From contig NC_068986.1 of assembly GCF_001194135.2 (NCBI RefSeq), positions 51,077,066 through 51,141,065 on the forward strand: a stretch of DNA of 64,000 nucleotides, given 5' to 3'. This stretch comes from Octopus bimaculoides (Eukaryota). Positions within the stretch are counted from its first letter, which is position 1; every line of letters begins with the position of its first letter. This document shows positions 38,566 to 50,874 of this stretch, one piece after another. Under the pieces are notes generated by a model. That model was not told the origin of the DNA. It made no database searches and saw nothing but the letters and a program-made list of their open reading frames with translations. A program made the position numbers and the translations under genes.

Positions 38566-39738
38566 CAACATAACTAATAGTTATTTAGTTTATTTTCTTG
38601 TTTGACTTCTTTTTCGAACCATTCCCCCCCCCTTTCTTCTTTCCTCTGCATCTTCATCGTTCGTTATTTCGTTTGATAATTCGGCCATTCTTTCAAACAC
38701 ACTCATTCCTTGGTTTTCCTTGTTCCTTTTTTGCATTGGTCGGCCGGCTTGTCATACGACGAAAATCGTCACCGACAAGGTTTTTCCCTCTCCCCTTCCC
38801 TTTCCAACATTGCTTCTTACACACACAGCCCTCCTCTCACCACACCCATTCTTCAAGCCGATATCCTCTTTCGAGGACTTCGCTATCCCCTAGCTCTTTC
38901 CAAACTTCATGCTGAACGCTTTCTCTTTCTTCCTTTCCATTCCTGTCTTGTCTTCTTCTTCTTCTTCTTCTTCTTCTTCTTCTTCTTCTTCTTCTTCTTC
39001 TTCTTCTTCTTCTTCTTTTTCCTCTTCTTCTTCTTCTTCTTCTTCTTCTTCTTCTTCTTCTTCTTCTTCTTCTTCTTCTTCTTCTTCTTCTTCTTCTTCT
39101 TCGTTCTCTTCTTCTTCTTCCGCTTTCTCTTCTTCTAATTAGCCATTTAATATGTATAGGAATAAGATGAAATCGGCAGATAAGAACGTGCTCTACTATA
39201 GCTGTTGACAAATTGTATGAAAAGACCGAGATTAAGCATTTCGGACGATGGCATTTCGGGTGACATAATGATACATTTCGACCTCATCTCAAACAACAGC
39301 CAACCATCCATCCATCCATCCATCCATTCAGCCAGCCAGCCAGTGAACACGAGATTCAAATCCAGCCAACCAGCCAACCAGCCAACCAGGCAGGCAGGCA
39401 GGCAGCTTCTTTCTGCGAGTCAGTCACTTTCCCTCTCTATCTCTTACTCGCTTTCTTTCTCTCTTACTCTGTGTATGTGAGTCGCTCTGTCTCCCTCCTC
39501 CTTCTCTCTCTCTCGTGCCATACTCTCTCTCACTCTGTCTTACTCTCTCTGTTTCAGTCTCTTTATGCCCCTCTCGCTCTCTCTGTATCCATTGAAATCC
39601 CTGCAATTTCAGTCTCTTTATGTCTTTATATCTATATCTTTCTCTCTGACTTTCTTTTTCCTTTCACCATTCACCAAGTCTGTCTGTCTATCTATCAATC
39701 TATCAATCTATCTGTCTCTCTATCTCTAACCGTGCTTG

Positions 39739-39797
<59 letters not shown>

Positions 39798-40119
39798 ATA
39801 TCTACCTTTCTTCCTGCATAACCGTCCATCTTCTAGTTTCCATCCCGCTTTCACTATCTTCTTGCTCCCTGTTTTTCTTTCACTTCCCTTTCTTCTTTTT
39901 ATCTCTCTTCCACATAAGCATACGCACACTTCAACATAGATTCTCTCTCTCTCTCTCTCTCTGCCTTTCTTTTTACTTCTCTATCTTTTACACACATGCA
40001 CATTCTCACTCACTGACTCACTCTGTTTTGCTCATTTTCTTTTCACTCTTTTCTCTCTCGCATTTCATTTCTTACCACTTAGTGTTCACCATTACTTCCT
40101 AACTTTCCTAGCCTTTATT

Positions 40120-40195
<76 letters not shown>
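37550..40195. repeat. Compound simple-repeat block: degenerate GTGTG pentamers, (GGT)n, (CAA/CAG)n, (CAC)n, (TTC)n 38950-39135, (CT)n, (CTAT)n, (CA)n
   Basis: Visible directly; generates the poly-Q/H/S/F/R pseudo-ORFs. Confidence 0.9.
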
Positions 40196-41162
40196 NNNNN
40201 NNNNNNNNNNNNNNNNNNNNNNNNNNNNNNNNNNNNNNNNNNNNNNNNNNNNNNNNNNNNNNNNNNNNNNNNNNNNNNNNNNNNNNNNNNNNNNNNNNNN
40301 NNNNNNNNNNNNNNNNNNNNNNNNNNNNNNNNNNNNNNNNNNNNNNNNNNNNNNNNNNNNNNNNNNNNNNNNNNNNNNNNNNNNNNNNNNNNNNNNNNNN
40401 NNNNNNNNNNNNNNNNNNNNNNNNNNNNNNNNNNNNNNNNNNNNNNNNNNNNNNNNNNNNNNNNNNNNNNNNNNNNNNNNNNNNNNNNNNNNNNNNNNNN
40501 NNNNNNNNNNNNNNNNNNNNNNNNNNNNNNNNNNNNNNNNNNNNNNNNNNNNNNNNNNNNNNNNNNNNNNNNNNNNNNNNNNNNNNNNNNNNNNNNNNNN
40601 NNNNNNNNNNNNNNNNNNNNNNNNNNNNNNNNNNNNNNNNNNNNNNNNNNNNNNNNNNNNNNNNNNNNNNNNNNNNNNNNNNNNNNNNNNNNNNNNNNNN
40701 NNNNNNNNNNNNNNNNNNNNNNNNNNNNNNNNNNNNNNNNNNNNNNNNNNNNNNNNNNNNNNNNNNNNNNNNNNNNNNNNNNNNNNNNNNNNNNNNNNNN
40801 NNNNNNNNNNNNNNNNNNNNNNNNNNNNNNNNNNNNNNNNNNNNNNNNNNNNNNNNNNNNNNNNNNNNNNNNNNNNNNNNNNNNNNNNNNNNNNNNNNNN
40901 NNNNNNNNNNNNNNNNNNNNNNNNNNNNNNNNNNNNNNNNNNNNNNNNNNNNNNNNNNNNNNNNNNNNNNNNNNNNNNNNNNNNNNNNNNNNNNNNNNNN
41001 NNNNNNNNNNNNNNNNNNNNNNNNNNNNNNNNNNNNNNNNNNNNNNNNNNNNNNNNNNNNNNNNNNNNNNNNNNNNNNNNNNNNNNNNNNNNNNNNNNNN
41101 NNNNNNNNNNNNNNNNNNNNNNNNNNNNNNNNNNNNNNNNNNNNNNNNNNNNNNNNNNNNNN

Positions 41163-41532
41163 ACCTCCGCCTTAACGAAGCCGGAGGTATTGTTTTTCAG
41201 TCGCGTTTGTTCATTTGTTTGTCGTGGATAAGATATCTCAAGAACCGCTAGATGGATTCGAATGAAACTTTCAGAGATGTTTGGCCTCATGACTGGCACG
41301 AACTGATTAGATTTTTGAATCAATCCGGTACCGGATAAGGATTCTGGATTATTTTCCCGGTTCCTTCACTTAATTTTTGAGAGCGGTCGGGTTCATTTTT
41401 AGTATTCCCGTTTGTGAGAGCAGTCGAGTTTATTTCAGATATTCTCATTTTAAAAATCATTTCTGGCTAATCGTTGAGAGGACGTTGGTGTTGCCTTGAC
41501 GGAAGTTTGCGCTCTCTGAGTGCACTTGTTAG
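41163..41532 (+). mobile_element. Helentron-type non-autonomous element (HINE / DINE-1-like)
   Basis: 5' cctccgcc..ggaggt, gtttgtt microsatellite, 3' gccttgacggaag (inverted subterminal repeat) followed by short hairpin gcgctctctgagtgc. Confidence 0.6.
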
Positions 41533-41982
41533 TGTTAATATTAGTGTTAATGCATTTTGTGTTTTGCTTTTCATAATTTTAGATAATAGGCTCATCTATT
41601 TTATAGTTACATGCACTTTATTAATATAAGACACGTTTTGTGTGGTTTGTATATATTAAACAAGTGGTGTGTCTAATGTATTTATTGTATTGTATTCGTT
41701 TCGGTACTGCTCTGTCACTTGGTCTATTAGTTTGTTGGAGTACCAATTGTAGATTAGTGCTTGTTTTATTCTCTGGATTTCTTATCTGGTGTTTCGTTTC
41801 TACATGAGAATCACTTTTTATTAATTTTCTTAAAAACAAACACAAATAAGCAGTGAACAGGAACTGATATTCGCGAAACTGATTAGAAACAGATTAATGT
41901 CAATACTAGAGTAATTTGCGTTTGTTTCTCTTTTGAATGCTGTGCCCTCTAGTTTGTATACTCAAATATACACACACACACT

Positions 41983-42022
<40 letters not shown>

Positions 42023-42924
42023 CGCGCGCGAAGAAATATATATATATAGAGAGAGAGAGAGAAAGAGAGAGAGAACTTCACGATGAATTTATACTAAATA
42101 TGAATCATATACGGCTATTTTAATCTAAGACTGTTTCCTTTGCATATAAAGAATTTTTATTCGGCCGCGCCGCGGTTACTAGCAACATCAGTGATTTTTG
42201 TATTAAATGTTTTCATGTTAATCAGTGNNNNNNNNNNNNNNNNNNNNNNNNNNNNNNNNNNNNNNNNNNNNNNNNNNNNNNNNNNNNNNNNNNNNNNNNN
42301 NNNNNNNNNNNNNNNNNNNNNNNNNNNNNNNNNNNNNNNNNNNNNNNNNNNNNNNNNNNNNNNNNNNNNNNNNNNNNNNNNNNNNNNNNNNNNNNNNNNN
42401 NNNNNNNNNNNNNNNNNNNNNNNNNNNNNNNNNNNNNNNNNNNNNNNNNNNNNNNNNNNNNNNNNNNNNNNNNNNNNNNNNNNNNNNNNNNNNNNNNNNN
42501 NNNNNNNNNNNNNNNNNNNNNNNNNNNNNNNNNNNNNNNNNNNNNNNNNNNNNNNNNNNNNNNNNNNNNNNNNNNNNNNNNNNNNNNNNNNNNNNNNNNN
42601 NNNNNNNNNNNNNNNNNNNNNNNNNNNNNNNNNNNNNNNNNNNNNNNNNNNNNNNNAAAATTAGAAGACAAAAATAAAAAATAAAGATATTTACATTTCT
42701 ACTTCATTTTTCTGGATGGCAATTTTTACTGTATATACTTTAAAACATGTTTATTCTTTAGAATAAATTTTGTAGGAAGTGATTAATAACTTGATAATTT
42801 ATCATAGAAAAAAAAAAAAAAACGTTTACTTGAAAAATACAAGATGAACAAAATTAGAGAACGCATGACGTAAAATCCAAGAAATCAAAATTTTGCCAGA
42901 AATTTATACAATCTACTTCAACAT

Positions 42925-43918
42925 ATTAATAAGATGTGTACATTCTTAATTTTTAATGACTTCAGCATATCTCCATCCACAGGATTTGACCAATTTCTCA
43001 CATTGTTCTGACGGAATTTTATTCCATCCTTCCTGAATTTTTTCCCACAGAATCGTAACATTCGAGGTCAGTGCTCTCTGATCTTATCACCAAGTATCTT
43101 TCATAAGCTTTCAATGCGATTGAAGTCAACGCTCTGAATTGGCCAATACTTCACAGTAAGGTTTTCAGCTTTAAACACCTTAACTATTTTAGCACTGTGA
43201 CATGGTGCATTACCCTGCATAAAGATTGGATTACGAGGTGGCACAACTTGCTGCAGAACGATGTTTTTGTATATGGCTGCATTCCCATTACCATGGATCC
43301 GGATCAAGGGCCCAACACCTGTTGCAGAAACCATTCCCCGCACCATTAAGCCCCCACCTCCAAACTTCACTGATTTCTTCACGCATTTAGGGAGCAATCT
43401 TTCACTTTTACGACATCTCACATATTGTCTACCGTCGGAGCCAACCAAATTGAACTTGCTTTCTTACCTGAAGAACACACGCGACCAGTTGTCGTCCGAC
43501 CAATGTACGTGCTCATTGGTAAATATTAACCTCACTTTTCGGGTCTTCATACTGATGAGAGGTTTAGTGGCCGAGGAATAGGCATGAAGTCCGATTTCCT
43601 TTAAACGACAAGCCACAGTCTTCTGAGACATTCATTCCGTAATCACTGTTTACTTGACAAGAAATTCCTGCAAGGGTATTGAAACGGTCTCAACAACAGC
43701 CTTTGAATCACACGGTCTTACCGAACACTTGTTTTCCGTGATCTCCCTCGTTTTTTTTTAATGACACAACTGAGCTTGTTTCTTCATAAAACTTGGATAT
43801 TCTTGAAGCATTCTTTGATCAGTATGTCTCTGGCGATAACAGAAATTGCCATTCCTTCTTTTTTCCATGTAGCCACTCGCTTCCTGGGGCTTTCATCAAC
43901 TTTACATTAGCTTTCCAT
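42925..43918 (-). pseudogene. Near full-length decayed Tc1-like transposase
   Basis: WSRVFF..ESKFNLVGSDGRQYV, VKFGGGGLMV, IFMQGNAPCHSAK, WPIQSVDFNRIESL (decayed DDE motifs); stops and frameshifts. Confidence 0.9.
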
Positions 43919-44372
43919 GACTGTTAATTCACTAGTGTTCAACATAACTCTCCGCACTGTTAGGTCAACTTAGTTTACATAAGTTGGAGTGTTGCCAGAT
44001 TTTATTTTCTCCTTCAATTGCCTTTTTCCTCAAAGCTATTATGACAGCGAAAGCTGATTAGGTCATTTTATCTAATGTCAGCTTCTATCAATCTCTGTCT
44101 ACCAAATCCACTTACAAGGTTTTGGTCAACCCGGGGCTATAATAGAATGGTACTCTGCAGTAGGACTGAACCCAAGACCACATGATTAGGAAGCAAGTTT
44201 CTCAACCACAGAGCAACGCCTGCGCCTACCAATAAAAGTACTATTTCCGACGAGACCGTTGAGAGAGAAATATAGATAAATTAAAACGGGATGGCCTCGG
44301 CTGGAATGCATTTAATTATAGGACTCTTCTCACACAGAGATCCAAACAACAACAGCAACGAAAACGACAATA

Positions 44373-44437
<65 letters not shown>

Positions 44438-44515
44438 GACCTCTCCGCCGTCGTCCATTTTTCCAGTTCACTTATCATCATCATTAATCTTGTTTCATCA
44501 ATGCTCTTGTTTTTA

Positions 44516-44581
<66 letters not shown>

Positions 44582-44582
<1 letters not shown>

Positions 44583-44798
44583 TTACTTGTTTCACTCATT
44601 TAACTGCGGCCATGCTGGAGCATCGCCTTTCATTCGAAGAAATGGCCCCAGGACTTATTCTTTGTAAGTACGTTACTTATTCTATTGCGGTCTGTTGCCG
44701 AACCGCTAAGTTACGGGGACGTAAACACACCAACATCGGTTGTCAATCGATGGAGGAGGGACAAGCACAGACACAAATACATACATACATACATTCAT

Positions 44799-44830
<32 letters not shown>

Positions 44831-45232
44831 GTATATATATATATATATATANNNNNNNNNNNNNNNNNNNNNNNNNNNNNNNNNNNNNNNNNNNNNNNNN
44901 NNNNNNNNNNNNNNNNNNNNNNNNNNNNNNNNNNNNNNNNNNNNNNNNNNNNNNNNNNNNNNNNNNNNNNNNNNNNNNNNNNNNNNNNNNNNNNNNNNNN
45001 NNNNNNNNNNNNNNNNNNNNNNNNNNNNNNNNNNNNNNNNNNNNNNNNNNNNNNNNNNNNNNNNNNNNNCATACGACTGGCTTCTTTCAGTTTCCGTCTA
45101 CCAAATCCACTCACAAGGCTTTGGTCGGCCCGAGGCTATAGCAGAAGACACTTGCCCAAGGTGCCACGCAGTGGGACTGAACCCGGAACCATGTGGTTGG
45201 GAAGCAAGCTACTTACCATACAGCCACGCCTC
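44582..45232 (-). mobile_element. Full-length family-A SINE with an N gap at its internal microsatellite
   Basis: Tail and head of family A flank gap 44852-45069. Confidence 0.85.
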
Positions 45233-46091
45233 TCATTCTCTTATCTGTTCCTCCGCCTCTTGCACGTGCACTCTTATTTTTTTCTCTCCCCATATGAGTC
45301 TGTCTGTCTGTTTGTCTACCCCCTCTCTCTCTCTCTTCTCTCTCTGCTGTTTCTCTCTCTTCCCTAGTCTTCCTTTCTCTCCCATTCCGTTTACATCCTG
45401 TATTATGGAATTATCCTTATGACACACGTATGTACATACACATGCGTGCATGTGTATGTATGCATGCAAGTATGTATGTATGTATGTATGCATGCATGTA
45501 CACACACACACACGCACGCACACACACATACACACACACATACACACACACATTACACAAAAGTCATCTGCAGCCGCCACGCAAGCACGTACACATACGC
45601 ACTATTTCACATAGAGACATACGCATTCATGCATTTCTCTCTGCCTGCCTGTCTGTATGTCTGTCTCTGTCTCTCTCTCTCTCTGTCTCTCTCTGTCTCT
45701 GTCTCTCTCTGTCTGTCTCTCTCTCTCTCTGTGTCTCTCTCTGTATCTCTGTGTGTCTCTCTCTCTCTGTCTCTCTCTCTCTGTCTCTCTCTCTCTGTCT
45801 CTCTCTCTTTCCATATCTCTCTCTCTTTCCATATCTCTCTCTCTTTCCATATCTCTCTCTCTCCATCTCTCTCTCTCTCTTTCCCTCTCTCTTTCTATCA
45901 CTCTCTGTCTCATTTCTCACTCACTCAGATAGAATGTCTTTCACCCATCTTACTCTCATATTCTTTTTGTGTTAGTTTTACTATTTCTGCATGCTTACTC
46001 CGTTTCCTCATTAAGTCGAGCCAAAGACAAAGTTTCTGTATAGCCTCTCGAGCTACTAAAAGTAGCAGTCAAATTATCCTCAGATCATACA

Positions 46092-46123
<32 letters not shown>

Positions 46124-46224
46124 GGCGTGGCTGTGTGGTAAGAAGTTTGTTTCCCATCCACATGGTTCCAAGTTCAGTCGGAATCATGTGGTTGGGAATT
46201 AATATAAATAGCATTCCACCAACA

Positions 46225-46400
46225 AGGAGAATAATAATTGTCACTAAGTGTGACTAGGGTATTAGAAACACCTACATTGCTAGAAATGAGAGCTAAAAAG
46301 CCGATCGAGAGCTAAAAATGCCGATCGAGGATTCTTAATACTGACGTCAGTTTCGGCAATTTCCGTTGCCTCATCAGCTAAGACTGGCTCGAACTTTGGC
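46225..46400 (-). mobile_element. Hammerhead-carrying repeat fragment related to 10233-11050
   Basis: Shares aattgtcactaa...cattgctagaaat.agag motif and the same relative ribozyme orientation; internal ~20-bp duplication gagagctaaaaa(t)gccgatc. Confidence 0.6.
46333..46383 (-). ncRNA. Type I hammerhead ribozyme, apparently intact
   Basis: tcttag-CTGATGA-ggcaa cggaaa ttgcc-GAAA-ctgacgtcag-TA-ttaaga: complete core, 6-bp helix I, 5-bp helix II closed by G-C, palindromic helix III, GUA cleavage triplet. Confidence 0.85.
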
Positions 46401-46714
46401 TATATATATNNNNNNNNNNNNNNNNNNNNNNNNNNNNNNNNNNNNNNNNNNNNNNNNNNNNNNNNNNNNNNNNNNNNNNNNNNNNNNNNNNNNNNNNNNN
46501 NNNNNNNNNNNNNNNNNNNNNNNNNNNNNNNNNNNNNNNNNNNNNNNNNNNNNNNNNNNNNNNNNNNNNNNNNNNNNNNNNNNNNNNNNNNNNNNNNNNN
46601 NNNNNNNNNNNNNNNNNNNNNNNNNNNNNNNNNNNNNNNNNNNNNNNNNNNNNNNNNNNNNNNNNNNNNNNNNNNNNNNNNNNNNNNNNNNNNNNNNNNN
46701 NNNNNNNNNNNNNN

Positions 46715-46747
<33 letters not shown>

Positions 46748-47999
46748 CCCTTTGTGTATGTGCTTGTCCAACACCACCGCTTGACAACCAGTGTTGATGT
46801 ATTTATCAGTCAGTAACTTAGTCCTTCAGCAAAAGAGACCGATAGAATAAGAACCAGGTTTTACTGGAAGCGATTCGCGCGGGCACAGTCTAATGACTGA
46901 GCCAAGTAAAAGATACAAGATGTGTGTATATGTGTGTGCGCACGCGCGCGTATGTTTTGTGTGTGTGTTTGTATACGTGTGTGTGTATGTATGTACTTGT
47001 GTATATGTATATATTTATGTTACAGAAGTAGTGCAAAAGAAAAGACAAGATCGACTGCATGATGTTTTATATGATCAAATCAGAGGTATCCATCAAAGGG
47101 TTATTACCTCTATTGATTGCATCTTTTTTCTGGAACATTGTAGCAATGATGAAATAGCTACGGCAGAGATTTCAACTGTTTCGATTCATTGGCAACATCC
47201 CAAGTTCTCCTCACAGTACCCCACGACACAAACATATATACACGTACCCCACACGCCATACAGACATATAAATATACACTAATAACCGTACATTTGTCAA
47301 CAATACTTCGGTTTTAAAATTTCACAACCACCTCACCAACAAGAAACAAAATAAGCGTACACACGTGTTCGGACACACTCAGTTTCACATGCACCATCGC
47401 GCACATAATCATATGTAAACACACACACACACACACGCACACACACATCTAATCACACACGTAATCTCAAATACATATACGCAATCGCAGGCACATATGC
47501 AGGGAAGAGCAAGGAGTGCTAGAGAGAGAAAGAAAGAGAGAGAGAGAGAGAGAGGGAGAGAGAAAGAGAGTGAAGAGAGAGGTTAAGAAGGGGAGAAAGA
47601 TTCTTTCACACGACTGGTAAACACATTCACACTTTAATTCGTCATTTTTTGGAGTGAAAACTAAAAGACACGCTTCATTTGAATTGTCTAAAATTGACTT
47701 GATAAAATATGCAAAATTTTCCCCCCAAATTCATTATTTAAATGAAGCTATTTGAAATAACAATAAAAGTGCTAACTTCAATCACACAAATTAACATTGG
47801 TGATTGCATACAAATAAATAAAGATTGCTAGCTTAGACCTAACAAGGTCATATATTTGGAAGCGGGGAGAGGTTTTCGATTATATCGAATTAAATACTTA
47901 ACCGCTATTTACTTTATCGACCCCGAAAAAGAACAAAAGAACAACATCTAAACAAAAAATGAGAATGAAATCAATCTTAGTTTCAGCCTCCATTCACTC

Positions 48000-48430
48000 T
48001 TCTAGAACGCTTTCCAGAGCCTTCGCATATCCCATGATACCATCGTTCTGCTCCTAGAAAGTCACACTCCAAGGCGCAGGACTGGGCAATGTCTTATTTA
48101 ATAGAAAACCAGGACTTCACTTGATAGGTGTGTACACTGACATCTCAAAAGTATGCAAAAACTATTCACGGAAGACAGGAGAATTGGTCGAAAAACTGGT
48201 TTCCTTCTAGCCGCTCTAGTATAGTAGCCAGGCTGGAGATACCTCACAATAGTATTCCAACTCATTTGGTGTTGCTCTGCAACATCAACTGCCTTACAAT
48301 ATGGCGGGGGTGGGGTGGGGGAGTTATTTTCAACAACCCGCTTGACAGTTTGAAGACACCTGTCAGAAGGCTCAGGTCGACCCTGGACAGATTGCTCGTT
48401 GGAGAGAGATTCCAAACTCTACAACAATAT
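48000..48430 (-). pseudogene. Tc1-like transposase N-terminal relic
   Basis: GRPEPSDRCLQTVKRVVENN..SWNTIVRYLQPGYYTRAARRKP. Confidence 0.6.
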
Positions 48431-48457
48431 AATTCCATATTTAGCCTCTTTTATGAT

Positions 48458-48841
48458 GTGTTGGCACTCCGTTGCTTACGACGTCGAGGGTTCCAGTTGA
48501 TCCGATCAACGGAACAGCCTGCTCGTGAAATTAACGTGCAAGTGGCTGAGCACTCCACAGACACGTGTACCCATAACGTAGTTCTCGGGGATATTCAGCG
48601 TGACACAGTGTGACAAGGTTGACCCTTTGAATTACAGGCACAACAGAAACAGGAGTAAGAGTGAGAGAAAGTTGTGGTGAAAGAGTACAGCAGGGTTCGC
48701 CACCATCCCCTGCTGGAGCCGCCTGGAGCTTTTTAGGTGTTTTCGCTCAATAAACACTCACAACGCCCGGTCTGGGAATCGAAACCGCGATCCTATGACC
48801 GCGAGTCCGCTGCCCTAATCACTGGGCCATTGTGCCTCTAC
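48458..48841 (-). mobile_element. Young full-length family-D SINE
   Basis: Near-identical to 15427-15805; TSD cctctt(t/a)tatgat at 48445-48457 and 48841-48853. Confidence 0.9.
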
Positions 48842-49159
48842 CTCTTATATGATATATAAGCAGTATAAAGAAAATAAGCTGCCGAAGATGTATTTGAAGG
48901 CTACAAAATTTGTGGAAAAAAAGATCATTTGTGCATAGTGAAAAGAAAGCTATTGAAAATCTCCGTGACAACTTAAGGCAACAGTCTGATGATTTCATAA
49001 GAGTATGAGACCAAAAGAAGTACCTATTTTCATTCTTCAACGAGAACTTATTGGTAATGTGCATTATATTATCATTGCTGTACGGATTATTGTCTCCCTA
49101 CCAGCATCAACAGCAAGTGATAAATATTGTTTTGTACCGCTCAAACTTATTAATAATAA

Positions 49160-49550
49160 GCGTGGCTGTGTGGTGAGAAGCTTGCTCCCCAACCACATGG
49201 TTCAGGGTTCAGTCCCACTGCATAGCATCTTGGGCAAGTGTCTTCTGCTATAGCCGCGGGCCGACTAAAGCCTTGTGAGTGGATTAGGTAGACGGAAACT
49301 GAAAGAAGCCCGTCGTATATATATATCTATGTATTTATGTGTGTTTGTGTTTGTTCCTCCGCTATAGCTTGACAACCGATGCTGGTGTGCTTATGTCTCC
49401 ATAACGTAGCGGTTCGGCAAAAGTAACCGATAGAATAAGTACTAGGCTTACAAAGAATAAATCCTGAGGTCGATTTCTTTGGCCAAACCCCCTTTAAGGC
49501 GGTGCTGTAGCATGGCTGCAGTCAAATGACAGAAACAAGTAAAAGAAAAC
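49160..49550 (+). mobile_element. Full-length family-A SINE
   Basis: Complete head-to-tail match to 24520-24940. Confidence 0.9.
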
Positions 49551-49874
49551 AAAAAGAGACTAGTCTTGAAGGGTTCAGTTGAATAAATCGACATCAGTTT
49601 CATAAAACCTGGTACTTAGTCTATCAGTTTCTGCCGAATTGCTACGTTACGGGGACGGAGACACACCAAGACCTGTCGTCAAGTGATGGGAGGGGCAAAC
49701 ACAGATACACACACACACACACGTCGTTGCTACGCTGTCCAGCTACACGTCGATATTCGCGGTGCAGCCCTTAAGATCTTCGAGGTTTTCTGTTGCGTTT
49801 TACAGTATCTTATAGATTTACTTCATACATATCTGCCATTGCGATGTTACACTGCAATAAGATCTCTGAATGAA

Positions 49875-50050
49875 ACTTAAGTGTGGCTGACCCCTAGGGG
49901 TGGATGTTACTGTTGCTTTTAGCCCCAGGAGGACATCTCCTCCAGCTGGCTTATCGACACACTACTGTGTCCTGTTTGGCAAGGGAAGTTATCCCTCCCA
50001 TCATGATCTGCAGCACGAACGGACCCGGGTTTCAGGGTTATTTCCCTTCG
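49875..50050. repeat. Dispersed repeat, single-orientation source of the 9545 palindrome arm
   Basis: acttaagtgtggctgacccctaggggtggatgttactgttgcttttagccccaggaggacatctcctccagctgg. Confidence 0.7.
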
Positions 50051-50874
50051 TCAGTGGCTAACGAAGTTTGCTTTTCGAAGCGTTGAGATGTCTTTTAGAA
50101 AGTTAAAGAAGTGATTTTAAATTCTCAATCGCAGAATAATGCTANNNNNNNNNNNNNNNNNNNNNNNNNNNNNNNNNNNNNNNNNNNNNNNNNNNNNNNN
50201 NNNNNNNNNNNNNNNNNNNNNNNNNNNNNNNNNNNNNNNNNNNNNNNNNNNNNNNNNNNNNNNNNNNNNNNNNNNNNNNNNNNNNNNNNNNNNNNNNNNN
50301 NNNNNNNNNNNNNNNNNNNNNNNNNNNNNNNNNNNNNNNNNNNNNNNNNNNNNNNNNNNNNNNNNNNNNNNNNNNNNNNNNNNNNNNNNNNNNNNNNNNN
50401 NNNNNNNNNNNNNNNNNNNNNNNNNNNNNNNNNNNNNNNNNNNNNATATATAGTTCCCACAGTTTCCGTCTACCAAATCCACTCACAAGGTATTGATCGG
50501 CCCAGGGCTATAGTAGAAGTCACTGCAAAATACTGTGAAGTAGGATTGTACCCGAAAACATACAACCGCACCTGTGTCTATATAATATTTACATGTACAA
50601 ATAAGTTAGTTTTGCCGAATGGGGAAGATGTTCACTTCGCAATCATGCAATTCACGGTTCAATCTCACAATGTAGAGTCTTAGGTAAGATTTATTTTTCC
50701 ATACCTTTCGGGCCGATCCATAGTTTGTAAGTTAAACTGAACAGACGGACGTTGTGCAAGAACTTGTCGGATGAATGGATTATTTCTGTAATACAAAGAT
50801 CTTGCCTCGTTATACTGTGTCGCACTAATTCCGCCCGAGATGTACGTTAAGGGTAGACATGTTCTAGGTACAGG

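Noticed and set aside
37951-39211. Poly-Q, poly-H, poly-S/F/R ORFs
   Set aside because: Translations of (CAA/CAG), (CAC) and (TTC) microsatellites; no coding context
45419-46141. 240-aa ORF and overlapping ER/SL-rich ORFs
   Set aside because: (CT)n/(CA)n low-complexity read-through
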